From NCBI GenBank assembly GCA_976226885.1, contig OZ320314.1, positions 119,040,001 through 119,104,000 on the forward strand: a DNA stretch of 64,000 nucleotides, in the 5' to 3' direction. The stretch comes from Iphione sp. A-MEVVRFRX5 (taxonomy: Eukaryota). Below are positions 11,977-22,574 of the stretch, piece by piece. Every line of letters starts with the position of its first letter. Within the stretch, counting starts at the first letter, position 1. Under the pieces are notes generated by a model. It saw only the letters and a list, made by a program, of their open reading frames with translations, did no database searches and had not been told where the DNA came from. A program made the position numbers and the translations under genes.

Positions 11977-14900
11977 ACGTCTCTGTCACTCTCTCGCTGT
12001 CTCTCTCTAGCCCTTTCCCTATCTGACTGTTTCTCCCTCCCTTTGTCTGTCTCTTTCTCTCTTTCTGTCCATCTCTCTCCGTCTGTCTCCGTCTCCATCT
12101 CTCTGTCTCTCGCCTGTGTATATACCTTTAACTTGTTCATGTGGAAGTGTTTTCCTGGGAAACGCATTGTGTAACTGTACAGCTGGGCAACTGTGTGATT
12201 ATCTTTATGCCTATTCGTAACGTGTGAATCTTCACGCATGTTATGTCACCACTACATATGACTCAATATCTGCAGAGGTCAGGTGACTTCCTCCACAAAG
12301 GAAAGGGCTTGGTTCCCCCGAGTACATCACGATAAACAGCGTGAAGATCCAGGGCGGGGCTTGGGAGGGAGGGAGGGAGGGAGGGAGGGAGGGAGGGAGG
12401 GAGGGAGGGAGGGAGGGAGGGAGGGAGGGAGGGAGGGAGGCTGGCTGGCTCACGGCTCCTTAGTTTTCATGGGTATCAGGCTGACTTGGCCGCACAAAAA
12501 AATCGGCCGCATCCTTAGGGTTTAGCTTTAGCTTTGTATCAGGGAAAAAATCGGAGAAATGGGTAGGAATGAACTAATTTTTACTATCTGCCTCCGACAG
12601 ATCCATCATTTGTAGGAGTCACGTATGGAAAACAACGTCATTATGACGCTAACTACAGAACGTTTCCATGATACCATGAGAAGTAAACAACCACCACTGG
12701 AAGACTGAAGAAATGCAGGCATTTTCATTCTGTGTAGACGGTTTCTATGATACATGTACATGCGACCGGTCATCCGGCTGACCTGGTGTGCAGGCCACCG
12801 AGTCAACCAGCCCCCGTTCGTCTCCCGTGCTGAACTCACCGCCGACTGAGGGAGCCGCCGCCGCCCTTTTCCAGGGAGCGGCGCAGGAGGCGGTTCTCGG
12901 CCTCCGTGTCCTCCAGTTCCCGCTTATAGTCCTCCAGCTCCATCTCCTGCTTCTCCAGCACCCGCCGCGACGTCTCCAGCTCGTCGTCCTTCTGCTCCAG
13001 CTCCTTCACCGTCTTCTGCAGTACGACCTGTCCCCCCCAGGGGAAAGGCAGCAGTTGCGTGAGTTTCACACGATTCAAGTGTACTAACACAACAGTGGAT
13101 TCGTGGGGGAAGAACTGGCTAAAGTCAAGAGGTTTCGTACTGAGGCTAAGGCTATTTATATCTATAATAATAAATAAATAACTAAACAAACAAACAAGGT
13201 GACCTAGGAGGTGCATGGTCCCCCGCTCATCTTTTTAGATCAATTCCCTACTACAGTGGAACCCCTCTACTAAGGACACCCCTTATAAAGGACACCTCAT
13301 ATTATGTACAGGCTGGAAACATAACGAAGTCTATATAATCATAATTAAATTGCCCTGCAATAAAGGACAACCCTCTTTTATGGACACTTTTTGACCAGCT
13401 CTTTGCTGTCTGTGGTAGACAGGTTCCACTGTACTTTGTTCTGACTCAGTGACTGGGTGAGCAGGCAACGACATCACTCCATGTCTTGAAACCTCCAAAC
13501 AGACTGTCTGTGTGCACATCATGTATTTGAGAGGAGAAGGTGCTTACATGTTAAAATACATTAATTTGACCTATAAATGACCTAAAATGAAACAGGAATT
13601 AAGCCAGTTAGTAAGCGTTCACACAGTAGAACATTCGCATTATTTAATTCGACGGTCGGACAGCAGCAGTCATAAGGTGCCCCCCCCCCCCCCCGGGAGG
13701 CGGGGGACAGAAAATCGACCTCAGCAGCACACCCATCACTTAAAAGATGACATGTGGAACAGAGATACTGTCTTTTTCCCCCGCACGACTCGTATTGAAT
13801 ACGTGAAAGAAACGGTCGGGTTTACCTCGTTTTTCAGCGTGCCGACTTCGCTCATGAGATCGTCGATCTTCCGCTCGTACTTCCGGATCGCGTGGAAGTT
13901 GTCCTCCTCGTCCGTCGACAGGTCGCTCCGACGCAGCGTACTTCCGGAACTTCCGCCGCCGCCGCCGCCGACCCCGTCGCCGGGCCCGGCGATCTCAAGA
14001 CGGTGGGACCCGCCCTAGGGTCAAGGACAACCACGGTCAGAGGTCAAGGGGTCAGAGATCGGAGCCCTCACACCAAGAAGCACATTCTCAGTGAAGTGTT
14101 AAGACACGCACATTACTAAATAAATATTTGACCATCACACCTATGTAGACTTTCAGTTTCCTCACAGATGTGTGTTTCTGAAACAAATTTTGATCTTTCT
14201 GACTTACATCAGTTCCGTCTATTTGCATGTCTTTATTTTAGATCATGTTCCTTTATTTAAATACATGCAGATCTGTTCAGATGTGAACTTGAGACAATGT
14301 TTTCTTACGGGTGAACGAAAACTATGGTGTACATATACTTATACAGTTTGGATGATAATGCAGAATTAAATATAAGAAAAAAATCTCTCAACTCAGTAGA
14401 CCAAAATGACGATAACTTTGCCCAAAGATCAGTTAATGTGAACACCTTTCACTACTTCAAAAAAATAGATACTGGAACCTGTGATGATGTGGTGGTTCTT
14501 GCAAGACTAAACAGAGAGCAGGCGCCAAGAACACGTGGCGCATGTTGGCATTATGAAACACATGCACATGACAACGCAAGGTCAGGCCTATCTAAATGCT
14601 TCAACTTAGACCGCTATCTAGTAGAGCGGGGCAGGAGGACGGGGGAAGGGGGTGGAGATAAACAGAAAGGAATATACTACTTACTAGCTTGCACGCGTAT
14701 GAGAGACGAGGGAAATGGCTCCCTTGGGGCGGGGGGGGGGGGGGCTTGTGTGTGGGGTGTGGGATTGGGGGTTGGAAGGGGACTCCCAGGGACCATGCCC
14801 TTGTAATACTGACCCCCAGGGACCATGCCCATGTGACACCAACCCCCAGGGATAACACCCTTGTGACACTGACCCCCAGGGACCATGTCTGTGTTTAACA

Positions 14901-17900
14901 CCAACCCGCAGGGGCAATGACCTTAATTGTAACACTGACCCCCAGGGACTATGCCCTTAAATGTAACACTGACCCCCTGGGACAATGCCCTTAATTGTAA
15001 CACTGACCTCCAGGGACCATGCCCTTGTTTAACACCAACCCTCAGGGACTATGTCTGTGTTTAACACCGACCCCCTGGGACAATGCCCTTAATTGTAACA
15101 CTGACCGGAAGGGACCATGCCCTTAATTGAAACACTGACCCCCAGGGACCATACCCTTGTTTAACACCAACCCTCAGGATGGTGCCTTTCTAACACCAAC
15201 CCCCAGAACCATGTCTGTGTTTAACACCAACCCCCAGGGACCATGCCCTTGTTTATCATTAACCTTCAGGATGATGCCCATGTAAAACCAACCCCAAGGG
15301 ACCATGCCCTTGTAACATCGTACCCCAGAGTACAGGACTCTTCACTGAGCTAAGAGCATGGTGTGGTAAAATTTAAAATGTTCCAGACCATTTACTACGA
15401 GGTACAACCTCCCACTTCTGTAATTATAGGACGTGGCTATGCTCTTGGCTCTATGAGGTGCGACCGAGTTGTCCCACTTCTGATGCTTACGATGTACTAC
15501 GTGTAGGGCTGTCAGGAAGAACAGAATAAGTGCATAAACCAAATTACACTGGCTTACTACCCTAAAGTCACCATTACCTGAAGTACTGAAGACTCCAAAA
15601 CTTAATCTCTATAAAATAAAAATGCTGTGCTGAGAATTCCTACAACAGAATCTTTTCTGTAACTAAATAACCATCTTGAGTAGACTTAAAGACTCTATCC
15701 ATAAAGTATGGATATATCTAATACATCCGAAATGGTAAGGGCGGGGGGGGGGAGAGAGAGAACTGAGGATGTGATGTGGACGGCGTAAAATATTCAACTG
15801 AAAATCAGAGCACCTCCAGAAACACGCGAGGAGACAGAAACATATCCGATCAAGCGACTTGATGTGACAATATGACTCACAAATAAGGAAATAATTCCAC
15901 ATGTTCAAGGTTTGATTCGAAAGGAGCATTCTAAAAGAGGGAAATTGATAGCTCGTAGTAGGACAAGAGGAAGTTAATCAGTGTGTTTTGTTTTCTTAAC
16001 CTTGCTGGTTTGCTTTGCTCCTCGAAAAGTTGTCTTCTTCTTCTTCTTCTTTCTCCTTTTTGTGTTGCAAGGGAACGTAACCTGTGCCAGCAGGCACAAA
16101 ATGATGACGATTGTCAATTTAGTTGCATTTTTAACAAGGCACTGGTGACTTTAATACACTTTTTATGGTCTCCCTGAGAATAAGTTCATATTACATGTAC
16201 TATATTCATCACACATGTGCATGTGTTTAGACGGAGGGAGCAGTATTATCTTTCGTTTCTACAACAAGGCTACGTCCCTTCTGATATTTACCAAAACAGG
16301 CGTCGAGACGAGAAGGCTGCACTAAATACACTTAGGACAGTAGGCGATGCGGTAAAGACAACACCAAAGACCTATGCATGCTGCGATACCAGGCTGCAAG
16401 ACCATACACAGTGAAACCTCACTCATCCGGTCACTAACGCTTCCAATCTGGTTTGGGCTAGAATACTGAGGCGGCTGGATTAGTGAGGGAAATAATCATG
16501 GATTTTACTGATTCTGAGTTGCTTCTTCTCCACTTGCTGGATAAGTGAGGTGACCTGATCACTGAGGTGACTGTATCCCAAGGGGACGTGGTGCTCTGAT
16601 CAACTCTCACCTTGGCCCGCGGTTTGTAGAGCCAGTGACCATAGCGCGTATACTCCGGGCCAAGGCCCCACCTCCCAGTTAAGCTCTGAAAGGTTCCATG
16701 TTTGATCTGGGCTCAGTGTGCAGGCTTATGACATGTGCAAATTACATATGTAAAATATATGCATATAATGTTCCATGTAGGTTTTTGTTCTGCTGTGGAC
16801 TTGCTTTTCAAACGGAGGACAGCCACGTGATCTCTCTAAACAACAAAAAGTCCACAACGACCGCTGTTTGAAAAAACCCAGTTTTTTTGGTGTGTAATCT
16901 GTGTAATCGTGTATCATGTACGTTTGTCGTAACTAGAACTTAGTACACGTACACATATATACACATCACCACTATCCGGTTAACTTCAGAAAAAAAATAA
17001 AGCAGCATGCACAGGAACAGCCACATCACCGGCCCCTCAAGCCCCCAATCCCACTTCTACCCAACCTCCCGCCCACTAAACAAACTACGACTCAGGGTAG
17101 TGTACAGAACGGCCAGCAGGTGGAGGGAGGAGAGGTGGGGGGGGGGGGGGGTTCCCCGCTTACCTGCCAGCTGTACTTGGTGCCCTTGGTGCTGCGGCCC
17201 GGGGGCGGCACCCAGGGGCCGGCCGCCGCCGCCGGCGTCGGACTCCTCGAGCGGGAGCGCGCCGTCGCCGTCGCCGTGCTGCGCCGCAGGTTGCTGGCGC
17301 CGTAGGCCGAGGTGGCCGCCTTAGACTTGGCGTCCGCCAACCTCGACTGCTGGGTGCAGCGAAGAGGAGGGCAAACAAGGAAGGGCATCAATCAATGGAC
17401 GGACAAATGGTTTCAAGCTATACGTCTATTTCTATAAGTGACACGTTTGAATCTTCGTCCATAAATGAAGGGACATGCTGGTAGTGGCTTCAAGCCATAG
17501 GTCTATTTCTATAGTATAATATGACATGCTTAGATGTTTCAACAATGATGGGACAAGGTCAGATTGGTTTCAAGCTTTAGGTCTATTTCTGTAAGTGAGC
17601 AACTTGTCGTTAGCCAAAGTTTGAAGTAACACGTATATATACATGTATATGTAACATGGATCACAGTGGAATGGGACGTTCCAATCTCAAAATACGATAC
17701 ACAGACAAATGCCACACTTGTACATGAAGACCCTGCTGCTGGTATCCTATATGCCCAAAACCGACAGCAAACATGCAACGCGGAGACACAGGTCCATGAA
17801 TGTTGGGCCTAAAGAATACCCCCAGGCTGCCCTGGGCCGGCAAACTCACCTCCACGGAATGTGCAACACAGAGACACAGCTACATCAATGTTGGGCCTAT

Positions 17901-18423
17901 AGAATACCCCCAGGCTGCCCTGGGCGGGCGTACTCAGCTCCACGAAACATGCAACACAGAGACACAGGTCCATGAATGTTGGGCCTATTGAATACCCCCC
18001 CTGGGGCTGCCCTGAGCAGGCGTACTCACCTCTAAAGAACATGCAACGCAGAGACACAGGTACATCAATGTTGGGCCTATTGAATACCCCCCAGGGCTGC
18101 CCTGGGCAGGCGTACTCACATCTAAAGAACATGCAACGCAGAGACACAGGTACATCAATGTTGGGCCTATTGAATACCCCCCAGGGCTGCCCTGGGCAGG
18201 CATACTCACCTCCACAGAACATGCAACACGGAGACACAGGTACATCAATGTTGGGCCTATAGAATACCCTCTGGCTGCCCTGGGTGGGCGTACTCACCTC
18301 TACAGAACGCGCTATGGAACTCTTCTTGGGCTTCTTGACGTGGACGTGGACTGGCGTCTGGTCGTCCACGTGTACGTGGACCGGTGAGGTCGGACGCCCT
18401 CCGCGCTCTATTGTCATGACAAC
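399..18423 (-). CDS. ODF2: Outer dense fiber protein 2 / cenexin-like gene (multi-exon; 3' end lies beyond the left edge of the window)
   Basis: Exons are bounded by AG/GT with consistent phases. Peptides match recalled ODF2 segments in order: PVHVHVDDQTPVHVHVKK, PWVPPPG, SDLSTDEEDN..YERKIDDLMSEVGTLKNE, LMKKLVEVEMDGQAAAKQ, KQKDLLLERLNDFESSNR, RGHLQKQLRQKEGDCNRL, DRDKEALKKATR, LKLENERLK, EDKLAHG..LRANLRQYETLIDEYRAQ. Confidence 0.93.
3635..3804. mobile_element. Tc1/pogo-like MITE
   Basis: TA-CAGTGGTCCCC...GGGGACCAATG-TA. Confidence 0.7.
4372..4530. repeat. Tandem repeat of about 64 bp x2.5
   Basis: aaacatctgctgctgttag recurs three times. Confidence 0.8.
4535..5036. repeat. Tandem array of about 124 bp x4, copying the 3' part of ODF2 exon 5037-5147 plus the intron start
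   Basis: gccctgtatt recurs at 4547, 4672, 4796, 4919 and 5041 (the last is in the real exon). Confidence 0.92.
5037..5147 (-). CDS. ODF2: ODF2 exon (TSLMTIEDKLAHGDSEIAQLRANLRQYETLIDEYRAQ)
   Basis: Acceptor ttgcag|ACC, donor CAG|gtaaga; 111 nt, phase 0-0. Confidence 0.9.
5456..5591 (-). CDS. ODF2: ODF2 exon (RMTELENIML...LKLENERLK)
   Basis: Acceptor ttgatag|G, donor AAG|gtacgt; 136 nt, phase 2-0. Confidence 0.87.
6669..6848 (-). CDS. ODF2: ODF2 exon (VQKQRAARSEDAVEQL...QAENAALKT)
   Basis: Acceptor caccag|G, donor AC|gtaagc; 180 nt, phase 2-2. Confidence 0.9.
7669..7851. mobile_element. Tc1/pogo-like MITE
   Basis: Perfect 13-bp TIR CAGTCGAACCTCG...CGAGGTTCGACTG; TA on the left flank. Confidence 0.82.
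7915..8030 (-). CDS. ODF2: ODF2 exon (TLESQLAQEKIEVDHL...DRDKEALKKATR)
   Basis: Acceptor tgtgtag|ACA, donor AG|gtaagt; 116 nt, phase 0-2. Confidence 0.9.
8480..9100. repeat. Tandem array with an exact 105-bp period containing six copies of the exon 9071 donor junction
   Basis: ctcaccctgacttgcacagctaac at 8541, 8646, 8751, 8856, 8961 and 9066. Confidence 0.97.
9071..9187 (-). CDS. ODF2: ODF2 exon (EENMALANLQASLENTRGHLQKQLRQKEGDCNRLAVQVR)
   Basis: Acceptor caacag|GAG, donor AGG|gtgagt; 117 nt, phase 0-0. Confidence 0.88.
9806..9877 (-). CDS. ODF2: ODF2 exon (RLRSGILDKDRALTDYRVQMDSQK)
   Basis: Acceptor cccaccag|CGC, donor AAG|gtaaga; 72 nt, phase 0-0. Confidence 0.85.
10146..10386. other. Assembly gap (others at 26957-27096, 43209-43360, 50241-50377, 55366-55503)
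   Basis: Runs of N; this gap hides the donor site of an ODF2 exon. Confidence 1.
10387..10588 (-). CDS. ODF2: ODF2 exon (DKRSGSSDSTILTKQKDLLLERL...LSETEDN); donor hidden in N gap
   Basis: Acceptor tttcccacag|GAC; the frame stays open into the gap at 10386. Confidence 0.88.
11237..11357 (-). CDS. ODF2: ODF2 exon (SDFSQDREQLMKKLVEVEMDGQAAAKQAAALRDLTGRFRE)
   Basis: Acceptor ttgcag|G, donor GAG|gtcagt; 121 nt, phase 2-0. Confidence 0.9.
11885..11975. repeat. Compound microsatellite (GAGT)n-(GT)n
   Basis: Seen directly. Confidence 0.95.
12364..12440. repeat. (GGGA)n microsatellite
   Basis: Seen directly. Confidence 0.95.
12840..13027 (-). CDS. ODF2: ODF2 exon (VVLQKTVKELEQK...ENRLLRRSLEKGGGGSLSR)
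   Basis: Acceptor gacag|GTC, donor CG|gtgagt; 188 nt, phase 0-2; coiled-coil. Confidence 0.88.
13254..13431. mobile_element. Tc1/pogo-like MITE
   Basis: TA-CAGTGGAACC...GGTTCCACTG-TA. Confidence 0.82.
13826..14014 (-). CDS. ODF2: ODF2 exon (GGSHRLEI...YERKIDDLMSEVGTLKNE)
   Basis: Acceptor ccctag|GGC, donor GAG|gtaaac; 189 nt, phase 0-0. Confidence 0.9.
14785..15330. repeat. Minisatellite of about 30-35 bp (cccccagggaccatgcccttgt..aacac)
   Basis: About 16 variably diverged units within an ODF2 intron. Confidence 0.9.
16592..16726. repeat. Dispersed element of about 135 bp, copy 1 (copy 2 at 20982-21118)
   Basis: Direct-orientation near-identical copies; internal CCTTGGCCC/GGGCCAAGG stem. 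Confidence 0.85.
17164..17349 (-). CDS. ODF2: ODF2 exon (QSRLADAKS...PWVPPPGRSTKGTKYSWQ)
   Basis: Acceptor cccag|CAG (NAGNAG), donor CAG|gtaagc; 186 nt, phase 0-0. Confidence 0.88.
17770..18310. repeat. Tandem array of 88-92 bp x6 containing the donor junction of ODF2 exon 18298-18423
   Basis: Donor-site motif at 17845, 17933, 18025, 18115, 18205 and 18293. Confidence 0.95.
18298..18423 (-). CDS. ODF2: ODF2 exon (VV-MTIERGGRPTSPVHVHVDDQTPVHVHVKKPKKSSIARSVE); ATG at 18417
   Basis: Acceptor ccttcccccgtag|GTT, donor GAG|gtgagt. Contains the HVHVD..TPVHVH(I/V)KK motif typical of the ODF2 N-terminus. Confidence 0.9.
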
Positions 18424-18528
18424 CTACGGGGGAAGGTGAAGGTCACAAATCATCAGTATTATCAACTTGAAGAGGTAGCGGAAGAGAGGGCGGGGCAGTG
18501 TCCGGAAACAATATCAGGTCTTAATGTA

Positions 18529-18691
18529 CAGTAGAAACTCTATTTGCGACCATTCTTGCTATTACGACCACCTGAGATGGGAACGAAAGTCTTAACTCAT
18601 TATCTTAACCATACCCAATTTGTGACCAGATTTGCCAATGCGACCACTTTTGGTGGGATCTGAGGGATGGTCGCAAATAGAGTTTCCACTG
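18529..18691. mobile_element. Tc1/pogo-like MITE
   Basis: TA-CAGTAGAAACTCTATTTGCGACCA...TGGTCGCAAATAGAGTTTCCACTG-TA; a degenerate relative lies at about 850-1010. Confidence 0.85.
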
Positions 18692-19515
18692 TATCTCACC
18701 CCTACGGGGTACTACATGGTAGTTTACCACTCTCTGCCAGGTGCGTGGTACACAACTGTGTGCTGCATTCCAGTGTTACACAGAGTCAAAGGTGATTTAA
18801 CGAATATATCATCGAACGATAATAGTAAAGACAATATCAATTCTTATAAGTTATAGCAGTAGCCCATGCTTCAGGAGTCGCGGTACTGTATTACAGTCAA
18901 CCTTTGGTCATATGTTGTACATCCCAAACTCCTCCACAAGTATGGACCGCCACTGTGTGGTGGTACTGCCTACACACTAAAACATCACGTATGGGGACAG
19001 AAAGAAAAACGAAGCCCAATGGAGAAGTGGTGCGCGGGAAAAGCGGTTTAAGAGAATGTAAAATAGAGAATAAACCACTGGACAAATCCAGTTCCCCTAT
19101 AGACAAAGCCCTAGACGAGGTCTACTGCCCCTTACCACCTGCTGTGGAACTAATTATTATTACTTAGGTGAGCATCTACATATACAGAGCTCCCTAATCT
19201 CTCCTATACACACGAACATACGTTTTCCATTGCGTTTGTTGTTAAAAATACTTTAAATTATACTTAAAAAAACAGCACCAAAGCACCTAAATAGGAAAGT
19301 GTTATATTAAAAAAACATCAGGTCATTAAATACAGAAGTTTTGCAGTTATAAGAACCAGACGACCGACGGAAGGTCGGCCTGTCGGACAGCAGCATTTTT
19401 CAAGTGTCCCCGCCGTCTCTGAAGCAGTGCACAAACATTTTTTTTTAGCAAATTCGGGAATGCTGAGCGTGACGGAGATTCCACACAACCACCGCGACCA
19501 GCACGCCGCCACTAC

Positions 19516-19788
19516 CTTGGTCTCTCGCTTCGTCCTGTCCGCGATCACGTAGGACAATCCGCTTTCCGGGACGCTTGAGGAAGTGACGTCATAATGGGTC
19601 GCGGGAGCCGCCGCCGCCGCCAGCAGGAAGCGCTGGAGCGCCACCACGCCGGACTCGCCGACATCGTCGGCCGCGTCGCTCAACCGTAAGGCCGCCGCCA
19701 TCTTGGTCTCCGTCACGCATGAGTTGTTGTGGAGGAGACCCTCGATGACACGCTGCACGGCCGAGGCCGACATGCTCGATTTGTTCAT
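19516..19788 (-). CDS. Candidate upstream/first coding exon of ODF2 (ATG at 19788 or 19701)
   Basis: CpG-rich open frame ending at AAG|gtagtg in phase 0, in frame with the 18423 acceptor. Contains CAAGATGGCGGC (YY1/start-like) and TGACGTCA. No peptide homology recognised. Confidence 0.5.
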
Positions 19789-20981
19789 GAAGCTTTCTCC
19801 TCTAGATGGAGTTTATCACGTAGCCTTCTCTCTCGCAGGCAGTCACTTAGACATTTCAGCCACACTGTTGTGGGGGGATTGAGATTGTGTGGGGGGGGGG
19901 GGGGTGTTGATGCTGCCGTGTCGTGGAGGGTTAGCGTTGTGGAGAGGAGGGTTAGCGGAGGGATTTTCTGTTGTAAGTCGTGTTCACGGAAGAGTTGCTA
20001 TTTGCCAATTAAACCTCGTTCTGAAATAAATATTATTCTCCTCAACTCGTCCTGCAATGCATCCCAACGGCTGAGGTCTCTTTACTGACAATTCGCTGAG
20101 GTGTGGTATGAAATAAAAATGACTCCTTAATGAACCATTCGTCCCCACATCTTCCTGCCGCCCCACCGCTGACCGCTCCGTCCCGATCCCGCCCAGGATG
20201 ACGCCATATTGTACGGTGATATCTATAAAACCTCATCAGCTTCACATACTGTAGAAACTACCGGCGTGCAAAAACCTGCTTCATTCCCCGCATCCACAGA
20301 GTAGCGCATGCAGTTGCACCTGTCGGGAAAAACCGTCCTTCCAGCTCATCGGTATATGGTCCATACGACTCCAGACAAACACAAATATGGTCGCTCTCTC
20401 CTGGAGGAACGTACGTTTTCGGGCTGACGGGTCTGTAAGGACGTAAGATAGATCCAGCTGTAACTGATATTCCGCAGTACGGGTCGGTAATTCCCATACT
20501 ATTGACTCCATAGGGTGTTTAGGGTAGCGTCTCTCGCACGAGCAGCTCATACGACGAGCAGTACAAGACGAGTGTTACTCCTTCTCACTCGGAGGACAAC
20601 ACACCATCCTACCCCCGGTAGATGAGCTGCTCCAAGGTACATCCTGGTGGAAACCCCCCACCCCCCGTCCCCCCTCCCTCACTCACTCACCGTGGAGGAC
20701 GTGCCCAGTCGTGACGAATGTTCAGGTATGTTCTCTCCAGGTGAATCTCTGCGGAATGGATCTCAATACAAAGGTGCATCAGACACGGCCGGCTCACACT
20801 GGGTTATACGTCCACTGTTGACACACCTGTACCGTCAATCCCAACAATTCACGTTAAATTGGATCAATTAATCCACCCATGTTCACCACTCCTGTATATA
20901 AGTCTACTGGGCCTGACACACATATCTGATTTCCTATGAAGATAACGCTACCGAAGATGCTGAATTTGTTCTGCTCAGAGC

Positions 20982-21118
20982 TGCTCTGATCAACGCTCAC
21001 CTTGGCCCATGTTTTGTAGAGCCAGTGGGCATAGGGCGTGTGTTCTCCGGGCCAAGGTCCCACCTCCCAGTTAAGCTCTGAAAGGTTCCACGTTTGATCT
21101 GGGCTCAGCTTGCAGGCT
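20982..21118. repeat. Dispersed element of about 135 bp, copy 2
   Basis: See copy 1 at 16592-16726. Confidence 0.85.
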
Positions 21119-22574
21119 GAGTCGTCAGCCGAGGCTGCAGGCTATAGGGAATGAGCTGCTCCATGAAAGAGAGCAGGACCTCACAGGAACGCGTGTGCAA
21201 GTATGAGGTAAGCGTGAAGAACAGGTGAGGACACACCCTTGTCCGTCCGTCCGACCGTCTGGCTGTCTGCCTTGCGTTTACGTAACCCCCCCCTCCCCCC
21301 GCCCTCACCTCCGTACAGTGATTCTTCCTCCGTGTCCTGCTGCGGGAGAAAGAATATTTCGTCACAGTGACACATACCCAGACTTGCTTCACTACCTGAC
21401 ATGAGTTGCTTTATTCGCTCTGAGCTGCTGGCCACGTGTCTATTACCACTGGAGACGCAGCGGACTGTCGATCTGCCCCCCCCCTCCTCATCCCCCCCCC
21501 CCGCAACCCTCCTACCTTCACGTCACAGCGGGTGGGAGGGGGTCCGACAGATGGAGGTGGGTTGGCGGGGGTTGGAGGGTTGCATGGCAGGCCGCGGGAG
21601 GGAGCCATCAGTACTGTCATTGGCCATTCAGGTTTGATTAGGCGGAGTAATAGGGTTCCTGTCATCGCCACCAGGTGGGGTCTACCGACTGACTGTCGTA
21701 ATTTTTCAGGTGCAGTGCTTCAGTCCGTACAGGTGTGCATTCAATAGCGATTTACCAAAAATCAAGAATTTGAGAGGAATACCCCTCTACGGCGCTGTTC
21801 ACATGTATCATGATTTTTCTGTTCGGCATCCGCAGGCGGGGACGTTTCGTTTTCCAGCCCTGCTTTACTATTACAGCTATTCACATGCAGACTTATTCGC
21901 ATCCGCACACGGTTGCGGATGTTGAACCGTCCTGAATGGGTTTGGCTCTGGATATGTACATGTATGCGAATTCCATAGAAAACAATAGTGAACAGATGTG
22001 CTACCCATATGGAATCAATTAACTAATGATCTCTGCAGGGGGTTTCGCCGTGTCTGCACGTTAGTGAGGAATCATTTCTCCATTAAAAAAAAATATATAT
22101 CTACATACCTTGAAATGAAACATCAAAGTAACCTAGCACAAAGAGTCCATATGGAAGAATGTCATATTAACAAAGCCATGTATGCTCGACCCACTCCTAC
22201 AGGAGATGGAACCACAGATTCACAATGGAATGCACGCACGGTCAGACGACAGCAATCCCAAAGGTCCCCCCCCATCTATGAAGCAGCGGACAATAAAAAC
22301 TTGCAGCTGTAATTAAAGCTGAGCGACGATGCGATGTTCGTCCTAAAGCCAGACATTTGTCTATAAAAAGACTCTGTGACACGATGACTTACCGAGTGAA
22401 AACCGCCGACAAATGCCTCCAGAGTAGCCACTGCCGTATCGCTTACTCCAGGGTTACATCCTCTGTATGGATCACCGTTTATCTCCATCTGCCTAGCGGT
22501 GGGGGGAGGGGGGGGGTCATTCACGTCTGATGGGGACTCGCAGAGCTTGGCGCTCCAAGTAGCGAAGTCGTGTG

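Noticed and set aside
11693-12525. ORFs with HT, SL, CV or PPSL runs
   Set aside because: These are translations of microsatellites.
16560-16726. HDV-like ribozyme or H/ACA snoRNA reading of the 135-bp element
   Set aside because: An ACCACGT loop-like heptamer has no P3 pairing and is absent from copy 2, and no H box or terminal ACA is present on either strand.
20042-20550. Short ORFs between ODF2 and upstream DNA
   Set aside because: No recognisable motifs, and no convincing splice sites or codon pattern.
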